Assembly (NCBI GenBank): GCA_964057225.1
Contig: OZ059894.1
Span: forward strand, 4,774,001-4,838,000
Direction: 5' to 3'
Length of the DNA: 64,000 nucleotides
Source: Auanema rhodensis
Lineage: Eukaryota > Animalia > Nematoda
Made by a program: the position numbers and the translations under genes. How positions within the stretch are numbered: the first letter of the stretch is position 1; each line of letters begins with the position of its first letter. Shown piece after piece: positions 40,501-54,500 of the stretch. Below the pieces are notes generated by a model, which searched no databases, was not told where the DNA came from, and worked only from the letters and a program-made list of their open reading frames with translations.

Positions 40501-43500
40501 TTTTTGCTAAATTATTTTGAAATTTTTCGAAAAAATTTTTGTCAAAATGTTTTTGGAAGCAATGTTGAGTGTACAAGGAAACTCAACATACACTAATGCA
40601 TCATTTTTCAAACGATCATAACTAATTTTTGTATCAAGCGTTTCTCAATGTAGTATAGTGCATTCGATGCGGATTTTTAAGCTGCGTCGATCTGTGTTAT
40701 CATTATCAGATTTGCGCTAGCTTAAAAATGCACCGAGATATCAACTGATACAAGTTCACACTTATATCCTCGATTTTCACCCTGAAGAAATAATTTTTTC
40801 GTTGAATAACATTGTCCATCGTCTTTGCCTTGAAAAAAGGAATCTAAAAACATCTACTTTTTGCTAAAATATTTTGAAATTTTTCGAAAAAATTTTTGTC
40901 AAAATGTTTTTGGAAGCAATGTTGAGTGTACATGGAAACTCAACATACACTAATGCATCATTTTTCAAACGATCATAACTAATTTTTGTATCAAGCGTTT
41001 CTCAATGTAGTATAGTGCATTCGATGCGGATTTTTAAGCTGCGTCGATCTGTGTTATCAGATTTGCGCTAGCTTAAAAATGCACCGAGATATCAACTGAT
41101 ACAAGTTCACACTTATATCCTCGATTTTCACCCTGAAGAAATAATTTTTTCGTTGAATAACATTGTCCATCGTCTTTGCCTTGAAAAAAGGAATCTAAAA
41201 ACATCTACTTTTTGCTAAAATATTTTGAAATTTTTCGAAAAAATTTTTGTCAAAATGTTTTTGGAAGCAATGTTGAGTGTACATGGAAACTCAACATACA
41301 CTAATGCATCATTTTTCAAACGATCATAACTAATTTTTGTATCAAGCGTTTTTCAATGTAGTATAGTGCATTCGATGCGGATTTTTAAGCTGCGTCGATC
41401 TGTGTTATCAGATTTGCGCTAGCTTAAAAATGCACCGAGATATCAACTGATACAAGTTCACACTTATATCCTCGATTTTCACTCTGAAGAAATAATTTTT
41501 TCGTTGAATAACATTGTCCATCGTCTTTGCCTTGAAAAAAGGATTCTAAAAACATCTACTTTTTGCTAAATTATTCTGAAATTTTTCGAAAAAATTTTTG
41601 TCAAAATGTTTTTGGAAGCAATGTTGAGTGTACATGGAAACTCAACATACACTAATGCATCATTTTTCAAACGATCATAACTAATTTTTGTTTCAAGCGT
41701 TTCTCAATGTAGTATAGTGCATTCGATGCGGATTTTTAAGCTGCGTCGATCTGTGTTATCAGATTTGCGCTAGCTTAAAAATGCACCGAGATATCAACTG
41801 ATATAAGTTCACACTTATATCCTCGATTTTCACCCTGAAGAAATAATTTTTTCGTTGAATAACATTGTCCATCGTCTTTGCCTTGAAAAAAGGAATCTAA
41901 AAACATCTACTTTTTGCTAAAATATTTTGAAACTTTTCGAAAAAATTTTTGTCAAAATGTTTTTGGAAGCAATGTTGAGTGTACATGGAAACTCAACATA
42001 CACTAATGCATCATTTTTCAAACGATCATAACTAATTTTTGTATCAAGCGTTTTTCAATGTAGTATAGTGCATTCGATGCGGATTTTTAAGCTGCGTCGA
42101 TCTGTGTTATCAGATTTGCGCTAGCTTAAAAATGCACCGAGATATCAACTGATACAAGTTCACACTTATATCCTCGATTTTCACTCTGAAGAAATAATTT
42201 TTTCGTTGAATAACATTGTCCATCGTCTTTGCCTTGAAAAAAGGATTCTAAAAACATCTACTTTTTGCTAAATTATTCTGAAATTTTTCGAAAAAATTTT
42301 TGTCAAAATGTTTTTGGAAGCAATGTTGAGTGTACATGGAAACTCAACATACACTAATGCATCATTTTTCAAACGATCATAACTAATTTTTGTTTCAAGC
42401 GTTTCTCAATGTAGTATAGTGCATTCGATGCGGATTTTTAAGCTGCGTCGATCTGTGTTATCAGATTTGCGCTAGCTTAAAAATGCACCGAGATATCAAC
42501 TGATATAAGTTCACACTTATATCCTCGATTTTCACCCTGAAGAAATAATTTTTTCGTTGAATAACATTGTCCATCGTCTTTGCCTTGAAAAAAGGAATCT
42601 AAAAACATCTACTTTTTGCTAAAATATTTTGAAACTTTTCGAAAAAATTTTTGTCAAAATGTTTTTGGAAGCAATGTTGAGTGTACATGGAAACTCAACA
42701 TACACTAATGCATCATTTTTCAAACGATCATAACTAATTTTTGTATAAAGCGTTTCTCAATGAAGTATAGTGCATTCGATGCGGATTTTTAAGCTGCGTC
42801 GATCTGTGTTATCAGATTTGCGCTAGCTTAAAAATGCACCGAGATATCAACTGATATAAGTTCACACTTATATCCTCGATTTTCACCCTGAAGAATTAAT
42901 TTTTTCGTTGAATAACATTGTCTATCGTCTTTGCCTTGAGAAATGGAATCTAAAAACATCTACTTTTTGCTAAATTATTTTGAAATTTTTCGAAAAAATT
43001 TTTGTCAAAATGTTTTTGGAAGCAATGTTGAGTGTACATGGAAACTCAACATACACTAATGCATCATTTTTCAAACGATCATAACTAATTTTTGTATCAA
43101 GCGTTTCTCAATGTAGTATAGTGCATTCGATGCGGATTTTTAAGCTGCGTCGATCTGTGTTATCAGATTTGCGCTAGCTTAAAAATGCACCGAGATATCA
43201 ACTGATATAAGTTCACACTTATATCCTCGATTTTCACCCTGAAGAAATAATTTTTTCGTTGAATAACATTGTCCATCGTCTTTGCCTTGAAAAAAGGAAT
43301 CTAAAAACATCTACTTTTTGCTAAATTATTTTGAAATTTTTCGAAAAAATTTTTGTCAAAATTTTTTGGAAGCAATGTTGAGTGTACATGGAAACTCAAC
43401 ATACACTAATGCATCATTTTTCAAACGATCATAACTAATTTTTGTATCAAGCGTTTTTCAATGTAGTATAGTGCATTCGATGCGGATTTTTAAGCTGCGT

Positions 43501-45595
43501 CGATCTGTGTTATCAGATTTGCGCTAGCTTAAAAATGCACCGAGATATCAACTGATACAAGTTCACACTTATATCCTCGATTTTCACCCTGAAGAAATAA
43601 TTTTTTCGTTGAATAACATTGTCCATCGTCTTTGCCTTGAAAAAAGGATTCTAAAAACATCTACTTTTTGCTAAATTATACTGAAATTTTTTGAAAAAAT
43701 TTTTGTCAAAATGTTTTTGGAAGCAATGTTGAGTGTACATGGAAACTCAACATACACTAATGCATCATTTTTCAAACGATCATAACTAATTTTTGTATCA
43801 AGCGTTTCTCAATGTAGTATAGTGCATTCGATGCGGATTTTTAAGCTGCGTCGATCTGTGCTATCAGATTTGCGCTAGCTTAAAAATGCACCGAGATATC
43901 AACTGATATATGTTCACACTTATATCCTCGATTTTCAACCTGAAGAATTAATTTTTTCGTTGAATAACATTGTCCATCGTCTTTGCCTTGAAAAATGGAA
44001 TCTAAAAACAACTACTTTTTGCTAAATTATTTTGAAATTTTTCGAAAAAATTTTTGTCAAAATGTTTTTGGAAGCAATGTTGAGTGTACATGGAAACTCA
44101 ACATACACTAATGCATCATTTTTCAAACGATCATAACTAATTTTTGTATCAAGCGTTTCTCAATGTAGTATAGTGCATTCGATGCGGATTTTTAAGCTGC
44201 GTCGATCTGTGTTATCAGATTTGCGCTAGCTTAAAAATGCACCGAGATATCAACTGATATAAGTTCACACTTATATCCTCGATTTTCACCCTGAAGAAAT
44301 AATTTTTTCGTTGAATAACATTGTCCATCGTCTTTGCCTTGAAAAAAGGAATCTAAAAACATCTACTTTTTGCTAAAATATTTTGAAATTTTTCGAAAAA
44401 ATTTTTGTCAAAATGTTTTTGGAAGCAATGTTGAGTGTACATGGAAACTCAACATACACTAATGCATCATTTTTCAAACGATCATAACTAATTTTTGTAT
44501 CAAGCGTTTTTCAATGTAGTATAGTGCATTCGATGCGGATTTTTAAGCTGCGTCGATCTGTGTTATCAGATTTGCGCTAGCTTAAAAATGCACCGAGATA
44601 TCAACTGATACAAGTTCACACTTATATCCTCGATTTTCACTCTGAAGAAATAATTTTTTCGTTGAATAACATTGTCCATCGTCTTTGCCTTGAAAAAAGG
44701 ATTCTAAAAACATCTACTTTTTGCTAAATTATTCTGAAATTTTTCGAAAAAATTTTTGTCAAAATGTTTTTGGAAGCAATGTTGAGTGTACATGGAAACT
44801 CAACATACACTAATGCATCATTTTTCAAACGATCATAACTAATTTTTGTTTCAAGCGTTTCTCAATGTAGTATAGTGCATTCGATGCGGATTTTTAAGCT
44901 GCGTCGATCTGTGTTATCAGATTTGCGCTAGCTTAAAAATGCACCGAGATATCAACTGATATAAGTTCACACTTATATCCTCGATTTTCACCCTGAAGAA
45001 ATAATTTTTTCGTTGAATAACATTGTCCATCGTCTTTGCCTTGAAAAAAGGAATCTAAAAACATCTACTTTTTGCTAAAATATTTTGAAACTTTTCGAAA
45101 AAATTTTTGTCAAAATGTTTTTGGAAGCAATGTTGAGTGTACATGGAAACTCAACATACACTAATGCATCATTTTTCAAACGATCATAACTAATTTTTGT
45201 ATAAAGCGTTTCTCAATGTAGTATAGTGCATTCGATGCGGATTTTTAAGCTGCGTCGATCTGTGTTATCAGATTTGCGCTAGCTTAAAAATGCACCGAGA
45301 TATCAACTGATATATGTTCACACTTATATCCTCGATTTTCAACCTGAAGAATTAATTTTTTCGTTGAATAACATTGTCCATCGTCTTTGCCTTGAAAAAT
45401 GGAATCTAAAAACAACTACTTTTTGCTAAATTATTTTGAAATTTTTCGAAAAAATTTTTGTCAAAATGTTTTTGGAAGCAATGTTGAGTGTACATGGAAA
45501 CTCAACATACACTAATGCATCATTTTTCAAACGATCATAACTAATTTTTGTATCAAGCGTTTCTCAATGTAGTATAGTGCATTCGATGCGGATTT

Positions 45596-48500
45596 TTAAG
45601 CTGCGTCGATCTGTGTTATCAGATTTGCGCTAGCTTAAAAATGCACCGAGATATCAACTGATACAAGTTCACACTTATATCCTCGATTTTCACCCTGAAG
45701 AAATAATTTTTTCGTTGAATAACATTGTCCATCGTCTTTGCCTTGAAAATAGGATTCTAAAAACATCTACTTTTTGCTAAATTATTTTGAAATTTTTCGA
45801 AAAAATTTTTGTCAAAATGTTTTTGGAAGCAATGTTGAGTGTACATGGAAACTCAACATACACTAATGCATCATTTTTCAAACGATCATAACTAATTTTT
45901 GTATCAAGCGTTTCTCAATGTAGTATAGTGCATTCGATGCGGATTTTTAAGCTGCGTCGATCTGTGTTATCAGATTTGCGCTAGCTTAAAAATGCACCGA
46001 GATATCAACTGATATAAGTTCACACTTATATCCTCGATTTTCAACCTGAAGAATTAATTTTTTCGTTGAATAACATTGTCCATCGTCTTTGCCTTGAAAA
46101 ATGGAATCTAAAAACAACTACTTTTTGCTAAATTATTTTGAAATTTTTCGAAAAAATTTTTGTCAAAATGTTTTTGGAAGCAATGTTGAGTGTACATGGA
46201 AACTCAACATACACTAATGCATCATTTTTCAAACGATCATAACTAATTTTTGTATTAAGCGTTTTTCAATGTAGTATAGTGCATTCGATGCGGATTTTTA
46301 AGCTGCGTCGATCTGTGTTATCAGATTTGCGCTAGCTTAAAAATGCACCGAGATATCAACTGATATAAGTTCACACTTATATCCTCGATTTTCACCCTGA
46401 AGAAATAATTTTTTCGTTGAATAACATTGTCCATCGTCTTTGCCTTGAAAAAAGGAATCTAAAAACATCTACTTTTTGCTAAATTATTTTGAAATTTTTC
46501 GAAAAAATTTTTGTCAAAATGTTTTTGGAAGCAATGTTGAGTGTACATGGAAACTCAACATACACTAATGCATCATTTTTCAAACGATCATAACTAATTT
46601 TTGTATCAAGCGTTTCTCAATGTAGTATAGTGCATTCGATGCGGATTTGTAAGCTGCGTCGATCTGTGTTATCAGATTTGCGCTAACTTAAAAATGCACC
46701 GAGATATCAACTGATATAAGTTCACACTTATATCCTCGATTTTCACCCTGAAGAATTAATTTTTTCGTTGAATAACATTGTCTATCGTCTTTGCCTTGAG
46801 AAATGGAATCTAAAAACATCTACTTTTTGCTAAATTATTTTGAAATTTTTCGAAAAAATTTTTGTCAAAATGTTTTTGGAAGCAGTGTTGAGTGTACATG
46901 GAAACTCAACATACACTAATGCATCATTTTTCAAACGATCATAACTAATTTTTGTATCAAGCGTTTTTCAATGTAGTATAGTGCATTCGATGCGGATTTT
47001 TAAGCTGCGTCGATCTGTGTTATCAGATTTGCGCTAGCTTAAAAATGCACCGAGATATCAACTGATATAAGTTCACACTTATATCCTCGATTTTCACCCT
47101 GAAGAAATAATTTTTTCGTTGAATAACATTGTCCATCGTCTTTGCCTTGAAAATAGGATTCTAAAAACATCTACTTTTTGCTAAATTATTTTGAAATTTT
47201 TCGAAAAAATTTTTGTCAAAATGTTTTTGGAAGCAATGTTGAGTGTACATGGAAACTCAACATACACTAATGCATCATTTTTCAAACGATCATAACTAAT
47301 TTTTGTATCAAGCGTTTCTCAATGTAGTATAGTGCATTCGATGCGGATTTTTAAGCTGCGTCGATCTGTGTTATCAGATTTGCGCTAGCTTAAAAATGCA
47401 CCGAGATATCAACTGATATAAGTTCACACTTATATCCTCGATTTTCAACCTGAAGAATTAATTTTTTCGTTGAATAACATTGTCCATCGTCTTTGCCTTG
47501 AAAAATGGAATCTAAAAACAACTACTTTTTGCTAAATTATTTTGAAATTTTTCGAAAAAATTTTTGTCAAAATGTTTTTGGAAGCAATGTTGAGTGTACA
47601 TGGAAACTCAACATACACTAATGCATCATTTTTCAAACGATCATAACTAATTTTTGTATTAAGCGTTTTCCAATGTAGTATAGTGCATTCGATGCGGATT
47701 TTTAAGCTGCGTCGATCTGTGTTATCAGATTTGCGCTAGCTTAAAAATGCACCGAGATATCAACTGATATAAGTTCACACTTATATCCTCGATTTTCACC
47801 CTGAAGAAATAATTTTTTCGTTGAATAACATTGTCCATCGTCTTTGCCTTGAAAAAAGGAATCTAAAAACATCTACTTTTTGCTAAATTATTTTGAAATT
47901 TTTCGAAAAAATTTTTGTCAAAATGTTTTTGGAAGCAATGTTGAGTGTACATGGAAACTCAACATACACTAATGCATCATTTTTCAAACGATCATAACTA
48001 ATTTTTGTATCAAGCGTTTCTCAATGTAGTATAGTGCATTCGATGCGGATTTGTAAGCTGCGTCGATCTGTGTTATCAGATTTGCGCTAACTTAAAAATG
48101 CACCGAGATATCAACTGATATAAGTTCACACTTATATCCTCGATTTTCACCCTGAAGAATTAATTTTTTCGTTGAATAACATTGTCTATCGTCTTTGCCT
48201 TGAGAAATGGAATCTAAAAACATCTACTTTTTGCTAAATTATTTTGAAATTTTTCGAAAAAATTTTTGTCAAAATGTTTTTGGAAGCAGTGTTGAGTGTA
48301 CATGGAAACTCAACATACACTAATGCATCATTTTTCAAACGATCATAACTAATTTTTGTATCAAGCGTTTTTCAATGTAGTATAGTGCATTCGATGCGGA
48401 TTTTTAAGCTGCGTCGATCTGTGTTATCAGATTTGCGCTAGCTTAAAAATGCACCGAGATATCAACTGATATAAGTTCACACTTATATCCTCGATTTTCA

Positions 48501-51500
48501 CCCTGAAGAAATAATTTTTTCGTTGAATAACATTGTCCATCGTCTTTGCCTTGAAAAAAGGAATCTAAAAACATCTACTTTTTGCTAAATTATTTTGAAA
48601 TTTTTCGAAAAAATTTTTGTCAAAATGTTTTTGGAAGCAATGTTGAGTGTACATGGAAACTCAACATACACTAATGCATCATTTTTCAAACGATCATAAC
48701 TAATTTTTGTATCAAGCGTTTCTCAATGTAGTATAGTGCATTCGATGCGGATTTTTAAGCTGCGTCGATCTGTGTTATCAGATTTGCGCTAGCTTAAAAA
48801 TGCACCGAGATATCAACTGATATAAGTTCACACTTATATCCTCGATTTTCACCCTGAAGAAATAATTTTTTCGTTGAATAACATTGTCCATCGTCTTTGC
48901 CTTGAAAAAAGGAATCTAAAAACATCTACTTTTTGCTAAATTATTTTGAAATTTTTCGAAAAAATTTTTGTCAAAATGTTTTTGGAAGCAATGTTGAGTG
49001 TACATGGAAACTCAACATACACTAATGCATCATTTTTCAAACGATCATAACTAATTTTTGTATCAAGCGTTTCTCAATGTAGTATAGTGCATTCGATGCG
49101 GATTTTTAAGTTGCGTCGATCTGTGTTATCAGATTTGCGCTAGCTTAAAAATGCACCGAGATATCAACTGATATAAGTTCACACTTATATCCTCGATTTT
49201 CACCCTGAAGAATTAATTTTTTCGTTGAATAACATTGTCTATCGTCTTTGCCTTGAGAAATGGAATCTAAAAACATCTACTTTTTGCTAAATTATTTTGA
49301 AATTTTTCGAAAAAATTTTTGTCAAAATGTTTTTGGAAGCAATGTTGAGTGTACATGGAAACTCAACATACACTAATGCATCATTTTTCAAACGATCATA
49401 ACTAATTTTTGTATCAAGCGTTTCTCAATGTAGTATAGTGCATTCGATGCGGATTTTTAAGCTGCGTCGATCTGTGTTATCAGATTTGCGCTAGCTTAAA
49501 AATGCACCGAGATATCAACTGATATAAGTTCACACTTATATCCTCGATTTTCAACCTGAAGAATTAATTTTTTCGTTGAATAACATTGTCCATCGTCTTT
49601 GCCTTGAAAAATGGAATCTAAAAACAACTACTTTTTGCTAAATTATTCTGAAATTTTTCGAAAAAATTTTTGTCAAAATGTTTTTGGAAGCAGTGTTGAG
49701 TGTACATGGAAACTCAACATACACTAATGCATCATTTTTCAAACGATCATAACTAGATTTTGTATCAAGCGTTTTTCAATGTAGTATAGTGCATTCGATG
49801 CGGATTTTTAAGCTGCGTCGATCTGTGTTATCAGATTTGCGCTAGCTTAAAAATGCACCGAGATATCAACTGATATAAGTTCACACTTATATCCTCGATT
49901 TTCACCCTGAAGAAATAATTTTTTCGTTGAATAACATTGTCCATCGTCTTTGCCTTGAAAAAAGGAATCTAAAAACATCTACTTTTTGCTAAATTATTTT
50001 GAAATTTTTCGAAAAAATTTTTGTCAAAATGTTTTTGGAAGCAATGTTGAGTGTACATGGAAACTCAACATACACTAATGCATCATTTTTCAAACGATCA
50101 TAACTAGATTTTGTATCAAGCGTTTCTCAATGTAGTATAGTGCATTCGATGCGGATTTTTAAGCTGCGTCGATCTGTGTTATCAGATTTGCGCTAGCTTA
50201 AAAATGCACCGAGATATCAACTGATATAAGTTCACACTTATATCCTCGATTTTCACCCTGAAGAAATAATTTTTTCGTTGAATAACATTGTCCATCGTCT
50301 TTGCCTTGAAAAAAGGAATCTAAAAACATCTACTTTTTGCTAAATTATTTTGAAATTTTTCGAAAAAATTTTTGTCAAAATGTTTTTGGAAGCAATGTTG
50401 AGTGTACATGGAAACTCAACATACACTAATGCATCATTTTTCAAACGATCATAACTAATTTTTGTATCAAGCGTTTCTCAATGTAGTATAGTGCATTCGA
50501 TGCGGATTTTTAAGCTGCGTCGATCTGTGTTATCAGATTTGCGCTAGCTTAAAAATGCACCGAGATATCAACTGATATAAGTTCACACTTATATCCTCGA
50601 TTTTCACCCTGAAGAAATAATTTTTTCGTTGAATAACATTGTCCATCGTCTTTGCCTTGAAAAAAGGAATCTAAAAACATCTACTTTTTGCTAAATTATT
50701 TTGAAATTTTTCGAAAAAATTTTTGTCAAAATGTTTTTGGAAGCAATGTTGAGTGTACATGGAAACTCAACATACACTAATGCATCATTTTTCAAACGAT
50801 CATAACTAATTTTTGTATCAAGCGTTTCTCAATGTAGTATAGTGCATTCGATGCGGATTTTTAAGTTGCGTCGATCTGTGTTATCAGATTTGCGCTAGCT
50901 TAAAAATGCACCGAGATATCAACTGATATAAGTTCACACTTATATCCTCGATTTTCACCCTGAAGAATTAATTTTTTCGTTGAATAACATTGTCTATCGT
51001 CTTTGCCTTGAGAAATGGAATCTAAAAACATCTACTTTTTGCTAAATTATTTTGAAATTTTTCGAAAAAATTTTTGTCAAAATGTTTTTGGAAGCAATGT
51101 TGAGTGTACATGGAAACTCAACATACACTAATGCATCATTTTTCAAACGATCATAACTAATTTTTGTATCAAGCGTTTCTCAATGTAGTATAGTGCATTC
51201 GATGCGGATTTTTAAGCTGCGTCGATCTGTGTTATCAGATTTGCGCTAGCTTAAAAATGCACCGAGATATCAACTGATATAAGTTCACACTTATATCCTC
51301 GATTTTCAACCTGAAGAATTAATTTTTTCGTTGAATAACATTGTCCATCGTCTTTGCCTTGAAAAATGGAATCTAAAAACAACTACTTTTTGCTAAATTA
51401 TTCTGAAATTTTTCGAAAAAATTTTTGTCAAAATGTTTTTGGAAGCAGTGTTGAGTGTACATGGAAACTCAACATACACTAATGCATCATTTTTCAAACG

Positions 51501-54500
51501 ATCATAACTAGATTTTGTATCAAGCGTTTTTCAATGTAGTATAGTGCATTCGATGCGGATTTTTAAGCTGCGTCGATCTGTGTTATCAGATTTGCGCTAG
51601 CTTAAAAATGCACCGAGATATCAACTGATATAAGTTCACACTTATATCCTCGATTTTCACCCTGAAGAAATAATTTTTTCGTTGAATAACATTGTCCATC
51701 GTCTTTGCCTTGAAAAAAGGAATCTAAAAACATCTACTTTTTGCTAAATTATTTTGAAATTTTTCGAAAAAATTTTTGTCAAAATGTTTTTGGAAGCAAT
51801 GTTGAGTGTACATGGAAACTCAACATACACTAATGCATCATTTTTCAAACGATCATAACTAGATTTTGTATCAAGCGTTTCTCAATGTAGTATAGTGCAT
51901 TCGATGCGGATTTTTAAGCTGCGTCGATCTGTGTTATCAGATTTGCGCTAGCTTAAAAATGCACCGAGATATCAACTGATATAAGTTCACACTTATATCC
52001 TCGATTTTCACCCTGAAGAAATAATTTTTTCGTTGAATAACATTGTCCATCGTCTTTGCCTTGAAAAAAGGAATCTAAAAACATCTACTTTTTGCTAAAT
52101 TATTTTGAAATTTTTCGAAAAAATTTTTGTCAAAATGTTTTTGGAAGCAATGTTGAGTGTACATGGAAACTCAACATACACTAATGCATCATTTTTCAAA
52201 CGATCATAACTAATTTTTGTATCAAGCGTTTCTCAATGTAGTATAGTGCATTCGATGCGGATTTTTAAGCTGCGTCGATCTGTGTTATCAGATTTGCGCT
52301 AGCTTAAAAATGCACCGAGATATCAACTGATATAAGTTCACACTTATATCCTCGATTTTCACCCTGAAGAATTAATTTTTTCGTTGAATAACATTGTCTA
52401 TCGTCTTTGCCTTGAGAAATGGAATCTAAAAACATCTACTTTTTGCTAAATTATTTTGAAATTTTTCGAAAAAATTTTTGTCAAAATGTTTTTGGAAGCA
52501 ATGTTGAGTGTACATGGAAACTCAACATACACTAATGCATCATTTTTCAAACGATCATAACTAATTTTTGTATCAAGCGTTTCTCAATGTAGTATAGTGC
52601 ATTCGATGCGGATTTTTAAGCTGCGTCGATCTGTGTTATCAGATTTGCGCTAGCTTAAAAATGCACCGAGATATCAACTGATATAAGTTCACACTTATAT
52701 CCTCGATTTTCACCCTGAAGAAATAATTTTTTCGTTGAATAACATTGTCCATCGTCTTTGCCTTGAAAAAAGGAATCTAAAAACATCTACTTTTTGCTAA
52801 ATTATTTTGAAATTTTTCGAAAAAATTTTTGTCAAAATGTTTTTGGAAGCAATGTTGAGTGTACATGGAAACTCAACATACACTAATGCATCATTTTTCA
52901 AACGATCATAACTAATTTTTGTATCAAGCGTTTCTCAATGTAGTATAGTGCATTCGATGCGGATTTTTAAGCTGCGTCGATCTGTGTTATCAGATTTGCG
53001 CTAGCTTAAAAATGCACCGAGATATCAACTGATATAAGTTCACACTTATATCCTCGATTTTCACCCTGAAGAATTAATTTTTTCGTTGAATAACATTGTC
53101 CATCGTCTTTGCCTTGAAAAATGGAATCTAAAAACATCTACTTTTTGCTAAATTATTTTGAAATTTTTCGAAAAAATTTTTGTCAAAATGTTTTTGGAAG
53201 CAATGTTGAGTGTACATGGAAACTCAACATACACTAATGCATCATTTTTCAAACGATCATAACTAATTTTTGTATTAAGCGTTTTTCAATGTAGTATAGT
53301 GCATTCGATGCGGATTTTTAAGCTGCGTCGATCTGTGTTATCAGATTTGCGCTAGCTTAAAAATGCACCGAGATATCAACTGATATAAGTTCACACTTAT
53401 ATCCTCGATTTTCATCCTGAAGAATTAATTTTTTCGTTGAATAACATTGTCCATCGTCTTTGCCTTGAAAAATCGAATCTAAAAACATCTACTTTTCGCT
53501 AAATTATTTTGAAATTTTTCGAAAAAATTTTTGTCAAAATGTTTTTGGAAGCAATGTTGAGTGTACATGGAAACTCAACATACACTAATGCATCATTTTT
53601 CAAACGATCATAACTAATTTTTGTATCAAGCGTTTTTCAATGTAGTATAGTGCATTCGATGCGGATTTTTAAGCTGCGTCGATCTGTGTTATCAGATTTG
53701 CGCTAGCTTAAAAATGCACCGAGATATCAACTGATACAAGTTCACACTTATATCCTCGATTTTCACCCTGAAGAAATAATTTTTTCGTTGAATAACTTTG
53801 TCCATCGTCTTTGCCTTGAAAAAAGGATTCTAAAAACATCTACTTTTTGCTAAATTATTTTGAAATTTTTCGAAAAAATTTTTGTCAAAATGTTTTTGGA
53901 AGCAGTGTTGAGTGTACATGGAAACTCAACATACACTAATGCATCATTTTTCAAACGATCATAACTAATTTTTGTATTAAGCTTCTCTCAATGTAGTATA
54001 GTGCATTCGATGCGGATTTTTAAGCTGCGTCGATCTGTGTTATCAGATTTGCGCTAGCTTAAAAATGCACCGAGATATCAACTGATATAAGTTCACACTT
54101 ATATCCTCGATTTTCACCCTGAAGAAATAATTTTTTCGTTGAATAACATTGTCCATCGTCTTTGCCTTGAAAAAAGGAATCTAAAAACATCTACTTTTTG
54201 CTAAATTATTTTGAAATTTTTCGAAAAAATTTTTGTCAAAATGTTTTTGGAAGCAATGTTGAGTGTACATGGAAACTCAACATACACTAATGCATCATTT
54301 TTCAAACGATCATAACTAATTTTTGTATCAAGCGTTTCTCAATGTAGTATAGTGCATTCGATGCGGATTTTTAAGCTGCGTCGATCTGTGTTATCAGATT
54401 TGCGCTAGCTTAAAAATGCACCGAGATATCAACTGATATAAGTTCACACTTATATCCTCGATTTTCAACCTGAAGAATTAATTTTTTCGTTGAATAACAT

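Larger units (their letters stand above)
24531..45595. repeat. Middle haplotype domain (M71-M130)
   Basis: Rich in GATACAAG, CTAAAATATTTT, CACTCTG and TGTTTCAAG. GTACAAGG is confined to M78-M116. Nearly all monomers are 351 bp. Confidence 0.78.
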
